Positions 34,046 to 48,473 of a stretch of DNA of 64,000 nt are shown one piece after another. A program made the translations under genes and the position numbers. Every line of letters starts with the position of its first letter. Within the stretch, counting starts at the first letter, position 1. The stretch comes from Oculina patagonica (Eukaryota). The stretch is from the NCBI RefSeq assembly GCF_052425735.1, contig NC_135769.1:20584001-20648000 (forward strand). Direction: 5' to 3'. The notes under the pieces were generated by a model. That model searched no databases. It was not told the origin of the DNA and saw only the letters and a program-made list of their open reading frames with translations.

Positions 34046-37000
34046 TAGAAGTGGCAGTAAGTCCTCTAACATTTTATCAGATTTCTTTTACCCCAAACGC
34101 GTAACTACTTGTTTTGTCTAAAATTATGTAGATGCAGGTAAAAAGAGACCTCCTCAGAAAGGACAGAAACGTCGAAATGACATTTACGTGAATAGGAAGA
34201 CCGACTTTGCAGCCCAACTTGAACGATGTCAGAAGTTACTAGATTCAAGGTTTGTGCATGCATGATGCATTTAATTAATACTTATACAAACCCACCTTAG
34301 CTTTCATATATAATTAAGCTATAAGCTCAGTTGTTTCGCGTGTAGATAAAATTAATGTTTAATTAATTATCAGGAACAATTTTTTTCATGAATTCTGACA
34401 CTGTGTTATGTGACTGCCACAAAAATGCTCAGAAAAAAATATTTTTGTACCATAGAATTTTTTTTTTACAGTTTGCTTGTATCATTGAATAAAAAATATT
34501 TCTTTTTATATTCACCGAGCTTAACATTTGCCATAACAGTTTATAACAGTTGGTAATAATTAACATATCAACAAAACTAACCAAGTCTAATTCTGTGTGT
34601 GGGAAGTTGGTCACACGAACTTAGTCAAATAACCTGCATTGTTTTAGTACAGTTTGATTTGCATAATCATTGTTTAAAGGTCAAATTATTTTAACCTGAA
34701 ATTAATTTTAAACTACATGATTATGCGACATGGACCATGACCTTCCAGATCAAGTTGAATGTTAATTCTAATCATTGACCTGTGGGAGACTCGTGGTGAG
34801 CATGGCCGTAAACAAGGTTGTTATGTGTTGGAAAGTTGGTCTCCCTGGAGGTATAAATGTGGTCCAAAAAAAAAACTAAGGCAATAGCTGCTATTACTTA
34901 TTACTATTATTATGCTTATTACTATTATTTGTCAAAAATAATATGACTGGAAAAGGTTTTATCAGCATATTTACTGGCTAAACTGAACTGTAGTCAATTC
35001 TATTTAAACAAAGCTTGTTGTATCATTATTTATGATTCAGTGAACAAGAGGTAAGGATTCATGGCTTGGGTGCTGCCATTAATCGTGCAATCAATCTGGC
35101 ACTGCAGCTTGAACAACGAGGACAAGGAACTGTTGAGGTAACATAAGTGAATCATTAATTTCCTCTCTCAAAAAATTGTTTGTCATCTTAGAACAAAGGT
35201 ACTTGTAAAGTCTGCATCCAAGGGTACAGGCCCGCCCCCAGGGGGGGTAACTCGAAGTATACATGACAGGGGGGGTCCAGCGTATTTTTTTAGGTTGAAA
35301 ATCTACACACTTGGTATTTTTTGGGGTCAAGGGATCTGTCACATATTTTTTAGGGGTGTTAAAAAAATACGCATATTTTTTGGGTCTTATCTCCGAGTGA
35401 ACGTTTTTTGGGGTTTTCATTGCGATCAGAGGATCAGAAAAATATTCATTCGAACTGATGCCAGGTATTTTTTTGGGTCTAAAATTTCATGCTTGTGTAT
35501 TTTTTTTGAGTTTGCAATACGAAGCTCCCTCGGACCCCCCACCCCCCTTCCCCCCCCTGTCATGTATACTTCGCGTTCCCACCCTGGGGGCCCGCCAGGC
35601 TGGAGCTAAACCCAGTTTCCATAGAATGAAGCGACTAGGAGTATCTTACTCCCCCTGGATGGGATGCTAGTCCATTGCAGGGTTAACCTGAGCATTAAAT
35701 TCGTTGGTACCCATTTATGCACCTTGGTGAAGAGAGGCACTATAGTGGTTTAAAATGTCCTGCCCAAGAACACAACAGGGATTGAACCCAGACTGCTTGA
35801 CCCTGAATCCAGTGCACTAACTATTAGGCCACTTTGCCTCCCACCCTCTTGGAACTAAAAAAAGCAAAGAAGAAGCTTTCCAAATGCCTAAAAGATGGTT
35901 CATTCAGTGCCCCAATATTGCTAAGATAAAACAGCCCAACCACCAGTGATAGCAGTTTTGATATCCTTTGTTTTAATGTGATAAATTGCCCGGGGGAGGA
36001 CTCCATATGAAATGGACGGGGATGCTTGTCGGAATGAAAGAACCCCAAAAGAGACCAATCTGGGTGTGACTCAAGCTTTTCTGACCCCAAGAACCAAACT
36101 AAGAAATAATACTTGTAATTTTCTGTGTAACCCAACGAGACCAAGGAAAAATTGGCGTTGCCGGAACAGCCAAGGAGACCAAAAACCAAAATACCCCAAG
36201 GAGACGACGAGCATCCCCGTCACTTTCATATGGGGTCACCCCCCGGGATAAATTGTTAGTGAATTTGAGAAATAGGGTTGGGATGTAATTGATCACAAAC
36301 ACTTCGCTCCCCTAAAAATTATTCACTTACCTTATTGTTACTTAATTTCGCAGGACTTAATTTTTCGCGATTTTCGCAATTTTTAAAAAATCGCGAAATT
36401 AAAGACCCGCGAAAATTAATTTTAAACGATTTCTATAATTGTATTTTTTATGCTAATTATGTATTTTTTGGCCAAATTGCGAAAATTAAGTCTCGCGAAA
36501 TATTCCCGTTCCATTTTCGCCAAATTAAGTTCCTGCGAAAAATAGTAACAATAAGGTAGTTTGTAGAATGCTTACAAGTATTAATATTATGGAATTTTCT
36601 AACAGTAAATTTTCTTGCAGTTATCAACAACTACTTCCAGTGTTAAACTAGTGGACGACTTTGAGCCTGAGGATGATGTAAGTGTGGCAAAGCACCAAAC
36701 TGTTTCAAAAAAGTACAATACATTACAATAGGTGGATTTCTTGGCTTTTATGTCAACAAGTCATTAATAATCATATCTCCTCCTTTCTGGTGACTTTCTT
36801 GCTACAAAACGTTAATGTTAGTTTTGAAAATTGGCTGGTACATCAAGACTATATCTGCTAGTGAATAGTATTTGTTATTCTCATCACCAATCTGCATCAC
36901 AGTGTTACTGTGGAACCCCGATATAAGCGATCTTCGATATAACTGTTATTCTCGATACTGAAAAACGATGAATATTTCTATGTAAAACGCCGGACAAATT

Positions 37001-38092
37001 GTGTTACAGCTTAAAATATAAAATGGTTAAACAGAACTACCGATATAACGATCAAATTTCGATCATTACGATCTTCCCGATATAATGATGAGAATTTAGC
37101 GGACCGCAATTCGTAAAATCTTCCCCGATATAACGATATTATCGGGCCCCCTACACAGTCACAATTTAAGCAAAACATTGGGAAGGGCGCTCTTTAAATC
37201 AATAAAGTAACAGTAATCGAGTACTCTCTAAAGTTTCTGACAACAGCTTTGTACGTTGATGTACGGAAATGATACTGTGTTCTAAGCCTCTTTATTCATT
37301 AAAAAAGTATATGTTAGGTTTACCTCGATATAACGATATTTTCGGTTATTTCACGGGTGCCATATCGTTATATTGAGAGTTTCGATATATCGACTACCTC
37401 GATATAACGATATAATTTTACTGCTCCCAACTTGGCATATCGTTATATCCGAGGTTCCACTGTACTATGAACACCTGTCAAGAGCCAAATTAGATATCGA
37501 TTGGCTTGTTGAAATTTTCTTCACTTCGTACTGAATAAACAAGTATATTTATGTTTCAATTAGTTCACAAGTTCATGGAGTGCATTAACCAGTCAAAATA
37601 TCACTGTTACCTGTAAGGCATTTCATATTTTACAGTAGTGTAGCAGCTCTTGTAAGCTTGTTATTCTACTGGCCAGTATTCTAGTCTAGAAGCAGTTGCT
37701 CTTGATTTTGGGGCTAGGGGCATTGTTTCTGTTGTTTGTTCTGGAGTGGTGTTAAAGAGTAGGAAGCCATTCATGCGACACCTTTCAAGCGCTGCTACCT
37801 GACCCACATTTTAGCTGCATCCTTTATCACGATAGGCTATATGATATTAACTTCTCCATCCCCCTCCTCATCTATTATATTGCAGAAAACCGTGTTTAGA
37901 AACACTCCTCCCAGTCTAGTATTCACAACCCCAGGCAATCAGTGTGAACCTAACACTATTCTGATGTTGTTTTTTTTTTAGGACCATGAAGGTTATTCTA
38001 AAGTGCGAACAAACTCTGCAGTGCACATAAGAGTTTACAAGAAACCATTGTCACAAGTTAATTCAGAAGAAACATCCAAAAAAGCTACATGA
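34038..38092 (+). CDS. POP7: Ribonuclease P/MRP subunit p20 (exons 34038-34056, 34132-34249, 35041-35137, 36621-36677, 37982-38092)
   Basis: KRRNDIYVNRKTDFAAQLERCQKLLDS|SEQEVRIHGLGAAINRAINLALQL..|..TSSVKLVDDFEP|..RTNSAVHIRVY (Alba-fold Rpp20). Splice phases are consistent. Confidence 0.92.
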
Positions 38093-38771
38093 ACTCCAGG
38101 AGTCATTGTTTTTCAAACACGGGTACAGCTAGTGTTTCAATTTACACCAGCAATGACTTCTATTTTAAAGATCTACGGGAACCTGGATTTACAGAACAGG
38201 CTTAACTTAGTTCCAGTTGTTTTGTGATCCCAAAAACCAGTCTACCAAAATGGCTGGAAATCACGCCTAGCTTGGCAGTAAGAAGAAGATTTAGTACATT
38301 AATTCCCAAAGTCCACACATGGGAGAAGAAAAAATAAATTATATTGCTTCGGAGCATAACTAAATATGGTTAATTCAGCATGAAAACAAGGTTCAGGACA
38401 ACTTCATAGCATATCAGCAGTGGAATCTGGTGACTGGCAACAGAGTGAAACAACAGTACACAGCAGTCAATTGGTCGTACTTTTATTGTGGCAGTGCAAT
38501 CAAGTCACTACTCAGAGTTGTGGTGATCCCAAAGAACTGATGTGATTTCATCCTCACTCTTGTGTTGAGCAATTAAATCTGAAGACTGTAATAGTGACAA
38601 GCTTCTCTACGGGCACTTCAGCCTTCTGCACTGGACACTCTGAAAACCCTTGGTAACTCTCAACTAATGAAGCAAAATCATGCATCAGTCATTGGTAACA
38701 CCAGCTCCAGTTACATGCCCATTTGAGAATTTACATTGATCACTCTGACATAAAGTGTGTATCAGCTTTGC

Positions 38772-41700
38772 TTAGTTGTCCATTTGCGACTCATGTTCTC
38801 CTGGGCTCATTAAGCTTGTTATCTCCAGCATTTGTATGGTGTGTAAATCAGAGATATTGGAGCCTCCAATATTGCCATGATCAAAGTCTTCTAAAGGAAT
38901 TTGCACACCTTTGAGTCCCCATTTGTTGAGTAGATCCTCAATGGAGCGACTAGAACTACAAAGAAAGATTTGCATGAAGAACTATTTGAAAGAGAAAGTG
39001 ACAATAAAATAATGATGAAAATAAATCTGCAAGATGTCCTACTGATGCAAAAAAGCAGTTTGATTTTTTTTTTTTTAAATAATATGAAGTGGGAATAATT
39101 TCCTGGTGTCACTAATTTTTTTGATTTTGTCTTACTTCAAAATGGTCAAGGTGGTGGTATTTAGATAAGAACAATGCTGAATGGCATTGTGAAAAGAGCG
39201 AAAAATTACAAAATCTTTATTGTATTGCATTTCACTGCACCATACTTTATTGTGTTCTATTGTGAATCAGACCTGATGGTAGCGTGTATAGCATCATCAG
39301 CATAATTTAATAGAAAGGTTAAGTGCCATCGCACCTAAAACTATCCCTATTTTAGTTTGTATTACAGTAAAGGCAATGTACATTCCAATCCTAAAGATCA
39401 GGGGACCCACAATCCCGGACGAAACCTGTTGAGACAACTTCTCTTTTCAATGTTTTATCGCAGTGATTACAGCCATTGCAATATGAGAAATGAAAACAGT
39501 CCTCACCCCTCCCCCCCATTCAATGTTGACATTCGCTTTTGCTAACATTTGCTAAAGTATGTCTGCTGAGAAACGTTTTTGTAAAAAAACAACATTGAAT
39601 AGGGGAGAGGGGGAATTAAATACACTCTGAATTGGTGTAGGGTGTAATTAAATTTACTTTCGTGTTTCAGTTAAATTGTCTCAAGAGATTCGTCCGGGAT
39701 TGCAGATGACTCCTTGATATCAGCAAAACTCTGATTGCTAAAGCAGAAAGTGCCTAGGAGTATTGCTACTCCCCCTAAATGGGATACCAGTCCATCAAAG
39801 GTTAACCCCCAGCATTTTTTCATGTTCTCTAATGATTCTCTAATGCTTCACCAGTACACCTGGGTAGAGAGTCACTGCATGTCAAGGAAAGTGTCATGCC
39901 TAACAACACAACACCCTGCCGGCCAGTGCTACAACCTGCACAACTTACTCAATCCAGAGTTTTATGTGCTAATGATTAGCCCATCCCACCTCCCATTTGT
40001 TTGTATTGTTCTACTTTTAATATATACATGCCAAGTACCTTCTCTCCTGATAAGTTGTCCAAAATTTTGCCAGGGGATTTTTCTTCATGAGAAAGGAGAT
40101 GGTGGCAAGAATGTCATCAAAATCTGTATTACAGACAATTGAGGAATTGATCATACTATTAAGCTGGGCATGGAATTTAACAGGAGTGCAATAATAAAAA
40201 AATGAATTATTCAACTTTTGCTTGCAACATTATGTGAGCTACCTCCACAAATAGTTCAGTTAACAAATAATACTTCACTAAAAAAGTTGTTTCCTTGTCT
40301 CTGCCAAAAATTATTGTTACAATATACAGCAAGAAAGTCCTATAAAAAGGCTTTGCCTGGTAGCTATAGCACGGCAAGTAAAAAAGAATCTACATGTAAA
40401 CATTTAATGAATGTTTGCCATAGGTACTAGTGAAAAAAAATTGAAACATGCTATCACTGTAACTAATTTGTCATGAAGTCCCAGTACATTCAACTCTCGT
40501 TATAGCGGACACGCTCGGGGCATCGTTTAGTGTCCGTTATAGCGAGAGTTCGTAATAGCGGGAGTCATTTCCAGTCAAACCTCTTTCGCCGGGGATCTGG
40601 ATTTTGTCCGTAATAGCGAGTGTCCGCAATAGCGGGATGTCGGCAAGGCGAGAGTTGACTGTATTAGCCCTTGGCCTATACATATTCTCAATGGGTTTTT
40701 AAAAGGGCTAAAACGTGGAAGGCTGCAGGGGTGGGAAGGGTGGAGGTTTATATAGATCTTGGTGGTTGGTAATCACAAATTTTACATTTTAATAATTTTC
40801 AGTCACCAAATTGCGAGCAGAAACAAGTTTTAGGTAATTGTGTTTATTTACATAATTTTAAGAAGTTTAGAACTCTATGCAAATTCTTTTTTTGCACTCT
40901 TATGGCACTCTTAAGGCTTATGGAATCTTCTAACTACCGGTACATACCATTTCTGTACACGTACATACTCATGGTCAAGTTACCTTTGGAATCATAAAAG
41001 CAGTCTGAACCAAGAATTATGTCAGCTTTATCAAGTTTGAAAAGATTTGGTGTGAACTGTCCCCAAGTGATGCCCACAACTTTTACTGAGTCTTGACCAT
41101 TTGCATGACAGCTTCTTCGACAATTTTCCAAGCACTCTGGGTATTCTTCCTTGTCTGTAAGAGTGACATGTGCACCACACAGGGAAGCAACCAATCCCGG
41201 AAGTGCTGTTCCTGCCCCGATCTGAATCAGATCAGAACAGAGAGGTAATTTTTCAAAGTAACATTTGACATCACCAGGTATATAAATGTCTGCAATTTTG
41301 ACTACAAATGATAGTAAAGCACAGATGACAATCTGAAGAAATTCAAATCTAGGAGTCGGAAAAATCATCAATTTTTTACAAAGGTACCCTTTCTAGACCC
41401 CAACCAGTGAAGGGGGACAGGGGGTCTGAACCTCCCACCTCCTGTGCCTTAATTTACTCCTGCTTCCCGTATTATTTTACTCCCGCCTCCCACCCCTTTC
41501 GCGGCCATTTCTCTCCTCTTTGTCCCCAAACTATTGTGAGATATAATGTAATGTTGCAAAATTTTACTTGTTTTCTCCTGGTTCCTGCCACCTTAAAAAT
41601 CCCGCTTCTTGCTCTCTTCTCCTGCTTCCTGCCCCTTTCCTTGGACTCCCACCCCCTGTCTCCCTTTACCAACCAAAATGGCCAACAAAAAAGCTCTGCC

Positions 41701-43076
41701 AATTCTGTCAAAAGTCAATAAGCACCCCAATTCCCCATCCCCTTCTCCTCCCCCTCCAAAAAACGTTGGTGAAAGTTAACATGAGAAAAATTAACATTAA
41801 TAATTCGGTGTGATGTATTGTGTCTGTTGGTATTAGTACTGTTAGAAATCACTCCTGCACCATAAAATTGAAGGCTCGGACTCTGAATAACAATGAGTTA
41901 TTCTCAAATATTACAATGTCAGATTAAGAGACTCTAAACGCAAAGAGCGAATTTCTAGCAGAAAGCGAGCAAAGGACTACATCAAAATTCCATGAAAATA
42001 CTAACAGTACAACAAGAACAAAAAACAATTCCGGGAAATCACACTAAAATTTCCCAATGCATGCATTGGCCGTTCATTAAAGTTCATGTGCTCACATGCT
42101 CATGTGCAAAGTCTCCGAGGGAGGGAAGGGTAAGTTGCAAGTACCACAAATGATGTAACCAGTGGCAGATCTATGTTTTTAGGGAAAAAGGGGGGTTGTG
42201 GCAGTTGGGACCTCCTTTTTCTGAAGAATTATATATAAATCCCACAGGGACAGAAATGTTCTGCCCAATTCTCCCTCTGTTAGCACTGGAGCAAAAGATG
42301 GCCCACATACACAACAGCTCCCCCAGTTTTGAGCACCTCTGAATAAGCCACTGGTAACCTTAACCAACACCACAAATTTCATGAGTTCTTGACTCAGTTA
42401 AGGATAACTTTTTGTTCTGACTACACCCTTAAAGAATGACTACAGTACTGAGCCATCTCAGGAGAAAGCCTGAGTAAAGAGAAAAATGTTATGCACCTGA
42501 CACTGTTAAGCCCCAGGGTGGGGGGGGGGCGAGCAACCCACAGGAAGTTGACAGCGTGAAGCTCTCCAGGGTAGGGATTTAAAATGGTCTGCTGGGTTAG
42601 AAATTTAAGAAGAGATATGTGAAATTTGACATTCACTAGGTGCCCAGGGGTGGGGGATTCGACCCTGGCTTACAAAAAATGTCAAAATTCCCTGGGTCTG
42701 CCCCCCCCCCCCCCCACCCTGGGGCTTAACACTGACAGGTGCATTTAATATCATTGGCACAAACCTCAATAATCTGCTTTCCTTTCACTTGTTCTCTGTT
42801 ATACCAAACAAACTGAGCAAGAACAGGAGCTGCTGGCCATGTGAACATTCCATACTGAGGGTCAACAATCTGAAACACAACAAACAGAGCTAAGTTTAAT
42901 CTCCTCAAGGATGTCCATCCCAGGGGGGACAGGGTACTCCCCAAAATACCGACACTGGGCACTCAGTAGAAAGGTAAAGATTTAAATAATACTTTGATTT
43001 ATACCTCTGGTATTCGTACTTCTATTCTGGCGTTTCTGCACTCGTCTTCAAAGAAAAAGACTCTCACAACTTGCAT
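38772..43076 (-). CDS. METTL23: Methyltransferase-like protein 23 (exons 43005-43076, 42765-42869, 40984-41221, 40039-40123, 38772-38955)
   Basis: QYGMFTWPAAPVLAQF, IIE|IGAGTALPG (motif I), DIILGSDCFYD, TTYQER|S. All junctions GT-AG and in frame. Confidence 0.92.
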
Positions 43077-46000
43077 AAAGGATGATTAATTAGAGAGATT
43101 ACGTACCGTCAACTACAGAAACACTGTGTGAAGTCGAAATCAACCAGGCGTTCTTCCATAGGGCGCATTGGAGACTGAGTAGCCAGTTACCAGACCTCTC
43201 TCCTGTGCAGAGTCCAATATGGATTATACCTCAATATGGCGTACAGTGAACGGTGTTGTCTTTCGTATTGTGGTGTTTGCATGTAAGCTTTGTGTTTGTC
43301 TTTAGACAGTTTTGTTCAGTTTAGCAGTCTTGATAGTAAGTGTTTCGTTAAACGTCGTTGTTTATATTTTAATGTGTTATAAGTTAAGTTGGTTTATTTG
43401 CGCTTATTTGTTGTCTTGTTCATGCTTCGTGTTAGCGTATTTCTAGCTGCTTTGTGTAACTTTTATTGTCAGTATTTCGTATTTTCTAGCGTCATGTCCC
43501 TTACTATCTCATTAGTTTATCTGACGCAGATATTGCGGATGATTTTGCTTGTTTTTAAACTGACAACGGCCTCTAATTGTGGGAGTTCTTTACTCATATG
43601 ACACCAACACATGGTGAATGATTTGAACAATGTTTCCCGAAGAGAATCTGCCGTTGTTGCATTTATAGATATATTGGTTTATGATGAAATGCAGATCTGA
43701 AACCAATATTTAAATGAACGTAACTTAAATGTTCTGTTAGTTTGTGCTAGTGTCCGATCTGGGGTGTGCCATTAAGGGATTGGCACAGTCATACGGGAAC
43801 CTTCGGACCTGGGGGGCGAAGACCTTATTGCCCGAAAAAAACACGACATAAGGTGAAAGCTGAATAAAAGGGCATGTAAAAAAAAAGGACAACAAAACTT
43901 GCATTGAAATAGTTGTGTACAAATCTTGCTTGTACAAATCTGGTTTGAATCAAAAGCATTAGCTTCATCTTGTATGTAACAGCTTTGTTTTAAGGTCTTA
44001 CACTGGATCCACCACGCGCAAACTCCCCGGGGGGGGCACTCAAAAAAGTTTTATACGGGGAGGCTCCGCCCCAAGCTCTTACCCCTTACCCTTTTATACA
44101 CCACTTTCACAGAAATTGTACCCCTTTCGTATACCTTTTACTGAAACAAGGTACCCCTTTCATATACCTAAAAGACTTGGCATAGACTTAGAACAGGACG
44201 TTTTCTTGTCATTTTCATGTTGCGCTTTATAAATTAAAATAATACAGCCATTAAGTGCGTCTGTTTGAAATATTTAAATTCAAGGCCCTTAAAAAAACCT
44301 AAATGACGGATTTACATACCCTTTCATATACCTAAACTTGTAAAATCCCTACCCTTTTATATACCTGAAGCCTGAAAAAGGTACCCCTTTCGGGCGGAGC
44401 CTCCCCGTATAGGCCACTATATGAAGTACCCCCCCCCGGGGCAAACTCTCATTCAAGCTGTGGAAATGCCCAACTTCTGGTCGCCCTCGCCAATTTCCTA
44501 CTCACTTCAAAATAATTGCAACTGAATAAAACTGAAATGTCACGCAGAATTTGCGAGAAAAATCCAACATGATTATAGTAATTCGCAAGAGGAAACCACC
44601 AAGAGAGGATAATGAAACCACTAACTACTAGTGGTAACCACAGGTTAGAAAGTGCGGGCCTTGACGCACTTAGACAAGGTACTGGTTGGCAGTGCCGATA
44701 ATTACAAATAAACGACATAACAAGGAGGACTGAAATGATCAAATGGACAATAGACAATTATTCTGAGTAACGCGTCACGCAAAGATTTTTCGCACACGGT
44801 GCAGTGTGAATTTAGATGTGATTTTTCTCAGGCGCAAAAACTCGCTATGTTGTCAGTGTTATAACGAATTTCTCGACAATAACCGTTGTTGGAATCATTC
44901 GCTTTACCGTGGTTTATCTGTGATACAATCACAGCAAATGTTCTCAAAAGCAACACATTACGCCTTCAATGTCACAGAAGGTTTATCTTGTGTGACAAGC
45001 TGTTTTTAAAATATCGCTCTTGGAGAACAGATTTTTCTCTTCCGGTGTTACGACAAACTGTCGTGATTAACACATTTTCGCATTCCGATCGTGCTTAGTG
45101 GAAAAACTAACTATGAGGAAACGAAAGCAGATAAATGAGAAATTTAGACTTTTAAAGCACAAAGTTCAGTATAATTCCAATACCTTTTCTGTTGATATGA
45201 TTCGTTTTGAACGTAATGTTGAGATTTTTCGGCTTATTTTTTATTTGTTCTATTTGTTGCCCGAATGCGAATTCCATTTCCAAGCATTTTGCCCGAAAAG
45301 TTTCGGTGCTGGGGCAGCTGCAGCACCTACATTTTCAGTTTCAACTAAGCGATGAAAACAGTCACAATTAATTTTATCGTTCTCTTTGCTTTCTTCAATG
45401 TGTGCTATTGAAAGCAAATTTGCCCACCTCAGAAAGTTTAATTCCATCTGTGAAGTCCAAACCAACCAATTACATCATGACTGACCTCATCAGTATGCAG
45501 TCGAACCGTCACGTTTCACATAACAAGTGGCTACATCGTGAGACAAAAGATACAACTGTATTTCGCTATACTTGTAGTTTTACATAGCCTATGGATATGA
45601 AGATCTCATTGTAATTTATTTCTAGCTATCAAGCAGCAGTGCCGTAGAGCTCGGACAGCAGTTTTATAAGTTTTGCTTTTCGCAGTTTTCCCACCCACCC
45701 ATATGGCCACTTCCAGGGCAGTTATGATTTTGTATATGTAACTTTATAGTGATTTCAATTTGTAATATGGGTCTTTAGTTATCTTATTTGACAATGATTT
45801 AATACAATTTAATGTTTGGTTATGTTGGATTATAATAAACTGCCTGATCCCAACAGTAGCTCAAGAGTCTGTTTCTATGTTAAGATTTAGGATGAACAAC
45901 AATAACCTATTTACAATATAACTGTTCTAGTCCAAACGGGAAAATGTAGCCTGCTCCAGGCTCTCGGTAGTTATGGGAGAGCGAATAACGCGCGCGGGTG

Positions 46001-46926
46001 AGCGAGGAAAAAATGAGGCAGGACGAAGGCGTTTTTTCCTCCCTCGCCCGCGTTTTTCGCTTTCCCTTTCAACTACCGAGAGCCTGGAACAGGCTAGGGA
46101 AAACGGTTCTCTTTACCTTCTTCAAAGTTAATTTGTGACCATTACAGGTTATCCGTTTCTTGCATTTACAAATTACAGTCATGAATCGCACTTTTAGCCA
46201 TTACGAGAAATCATCCGTTTAACCGACCAATACCTCTAGTGGAGACTCGATTTTAGTTGACTGTTTTTACGGAACACTCCTTAAGGTTTGATTCGGTGTT
46301 GCTTGAATAACCCTGGAGTGTTCAAAAGCATCAGGACATGCTTTAGTGCTTGGCGATAATAAACAAATAAATAGCCTTGACTGTGCCCTGTTCTGTTATA
46401 AAGCACTCAAGGAAGTGACATGAGCACTCAAGAGAACACTCGCCTGCGGCTCGTGTTTCACCTCACACTTCTTTTGTGCTGTCGTCACTTCCTTGCGTGC
46501 TTAATAACAAAACAAAGCACGGTCAAGGCTTTTTTATTTGTTAAGTTTTGCTTACAACTGTTAGACTACATATAGTCGGTCTTTTTTTCTTTTCTTGGTC
46601 AGAACCGACAGATGCGCTGGGTTTTTTTATCGGGAACGCGAACGCAAAGAGACGGCATGAACGAGAAGGGGCTTGGGGCTAGACAAGAAAAAAACCGACT
46701 ACAGCCTCTTGGAATTTTTGAGGATATCCGTCAGTCCTCTGTCAGATGCAAAGGTGCAAAAGCCATAGACTCGGTAACAAACTTGAAGTGTTGGAAGCCA
46801 TAGGACCATTTGTCTGTCACGCAACGCTGCTCGATGATTCCAATAACACCTGCGAAGGAGCCCAGGGGAAATTATACCTCGAATGGGGAAAAAGCCTGTG
46901 ATTGTTTAGTTTTGGTCACGGTTGCG

Positions 46927-48438
46927 TCATTTTACAATATCTGATACTTGAGCAAGTCCGCTCAGTTCACTTCTCTCCATTTTCCGTAGTGCATCAAAGG
47001 TGCCAAACTCAACTACCCTCCCCTCCCTGAAAACCAGAACCTCGGCACAGTCTTTGATGGTGTTCAAACGATGAGCTATAGTGATAACTGTGGAGTCCCT
47101 CAGTTTCTCGCGCACCGTGTTCCAGATTGTTTGTTCTGTGTCTGGATCCACGTGTGCAGTGGGCTCATCCAAGATGATGATCTTGGTTTGCTGTAACAGC
47201 ACACGTGCCAAGCAGATTAACTGCCGTTCACCAACGCTAATATTTGTTCCGTGTTCCAACAACTCATAGTCCAGTTGTCCTTCCAAATTTTCCACTAGCT
47301 GTTTAAGCCGCACTTCATCTAAAGCCCACCACAAATCTACATCCTGAAACTGCTCCAAAAGATCAAGATTCTTCCTCAGTGATCCACTAAAAAGGACAGG
47401 ACTTTGGCCAAGAACGGATACGCATCTTCTTGCCTCTTGGAGATTGATATTCTTTATGCCAACATGATCGATAATTACATCCCCACAAGCGTCAGGCATG
47501 CGTAAAAGTGCTGCCACAAAAGATGATTTTCCGGCACCCGTGCGTCCTGCAATACCGATCTTTGCTCCTTCCTTGATCTCGATATTTATATTTTTGAGTA
47601 CTTGAGGACCCCCGGGGTAGAAGTTCAATGATACATCTTGGAATGTGATATTTCCTTCGCGTGGCCAGTGTTCCGGGGGAAGCTGTTTCACTTTGTATCC
47701 AGGCTCAGAGTCAATCTTGGTGTACGTCATAACTCGTTCAACTGACATCATTAAGTTCTCAACGTCCGATGACGTCCTGACAGCGTATTGAATGACGTCG
47801 CCAAGTTCGATGACGTAAGCCAATGCAAGGCCGGCAAAAGCTGGTTAAACAAATTATTAAACGTGAATTCGATAAATGTTGGGTAAAATAATAAAATTGA
47901 CCGATAAAACAGAATCTGAGTTAAAGATCACCGTAATTTGACTATCTACTAAGTAGTCCCCTCCCCCCACAGGTATCAAGCTTTTACGTCTCCCCCTCTC
48001 CCACTAAAAATTACGCTCTGCTATCCCTGACGATACTAATATATGTCTTTCTTAATTAAGCGATAGAGAAGATACAAAATACCAGATTTCTAAGTTTACA
48101 AAATTACTGCATCCTCGACCCCATACAGCGAATAAGCTGAAGTGGAAAATGTTTTCACAGATAAATGAAACAAAATAAAAAAAACCTTGGTTGCTTCTTT
48201 CTTAACCCTTTCACTCCTAAACGCGCATTTTAGGCTCTATTTGGAGGCGCGATCATTGAACCACATGTGACTGACGTCATTAATTAGCACGTCAGTGGAT
48301 TTTTGTGATTGCCCCCGCAGGGTTTTGGCCCAGAGGCCAAAACCCGAGGAGGCACCCTAGGAGTCCCCGCGTGTATACATACAAGGACAAAGAATATTTG
48401 TTGAAAAAGTAAGAAATGTGTTTGTAATGGGCGAAGCG

Positions 48439-48473
<35 letters not shown>

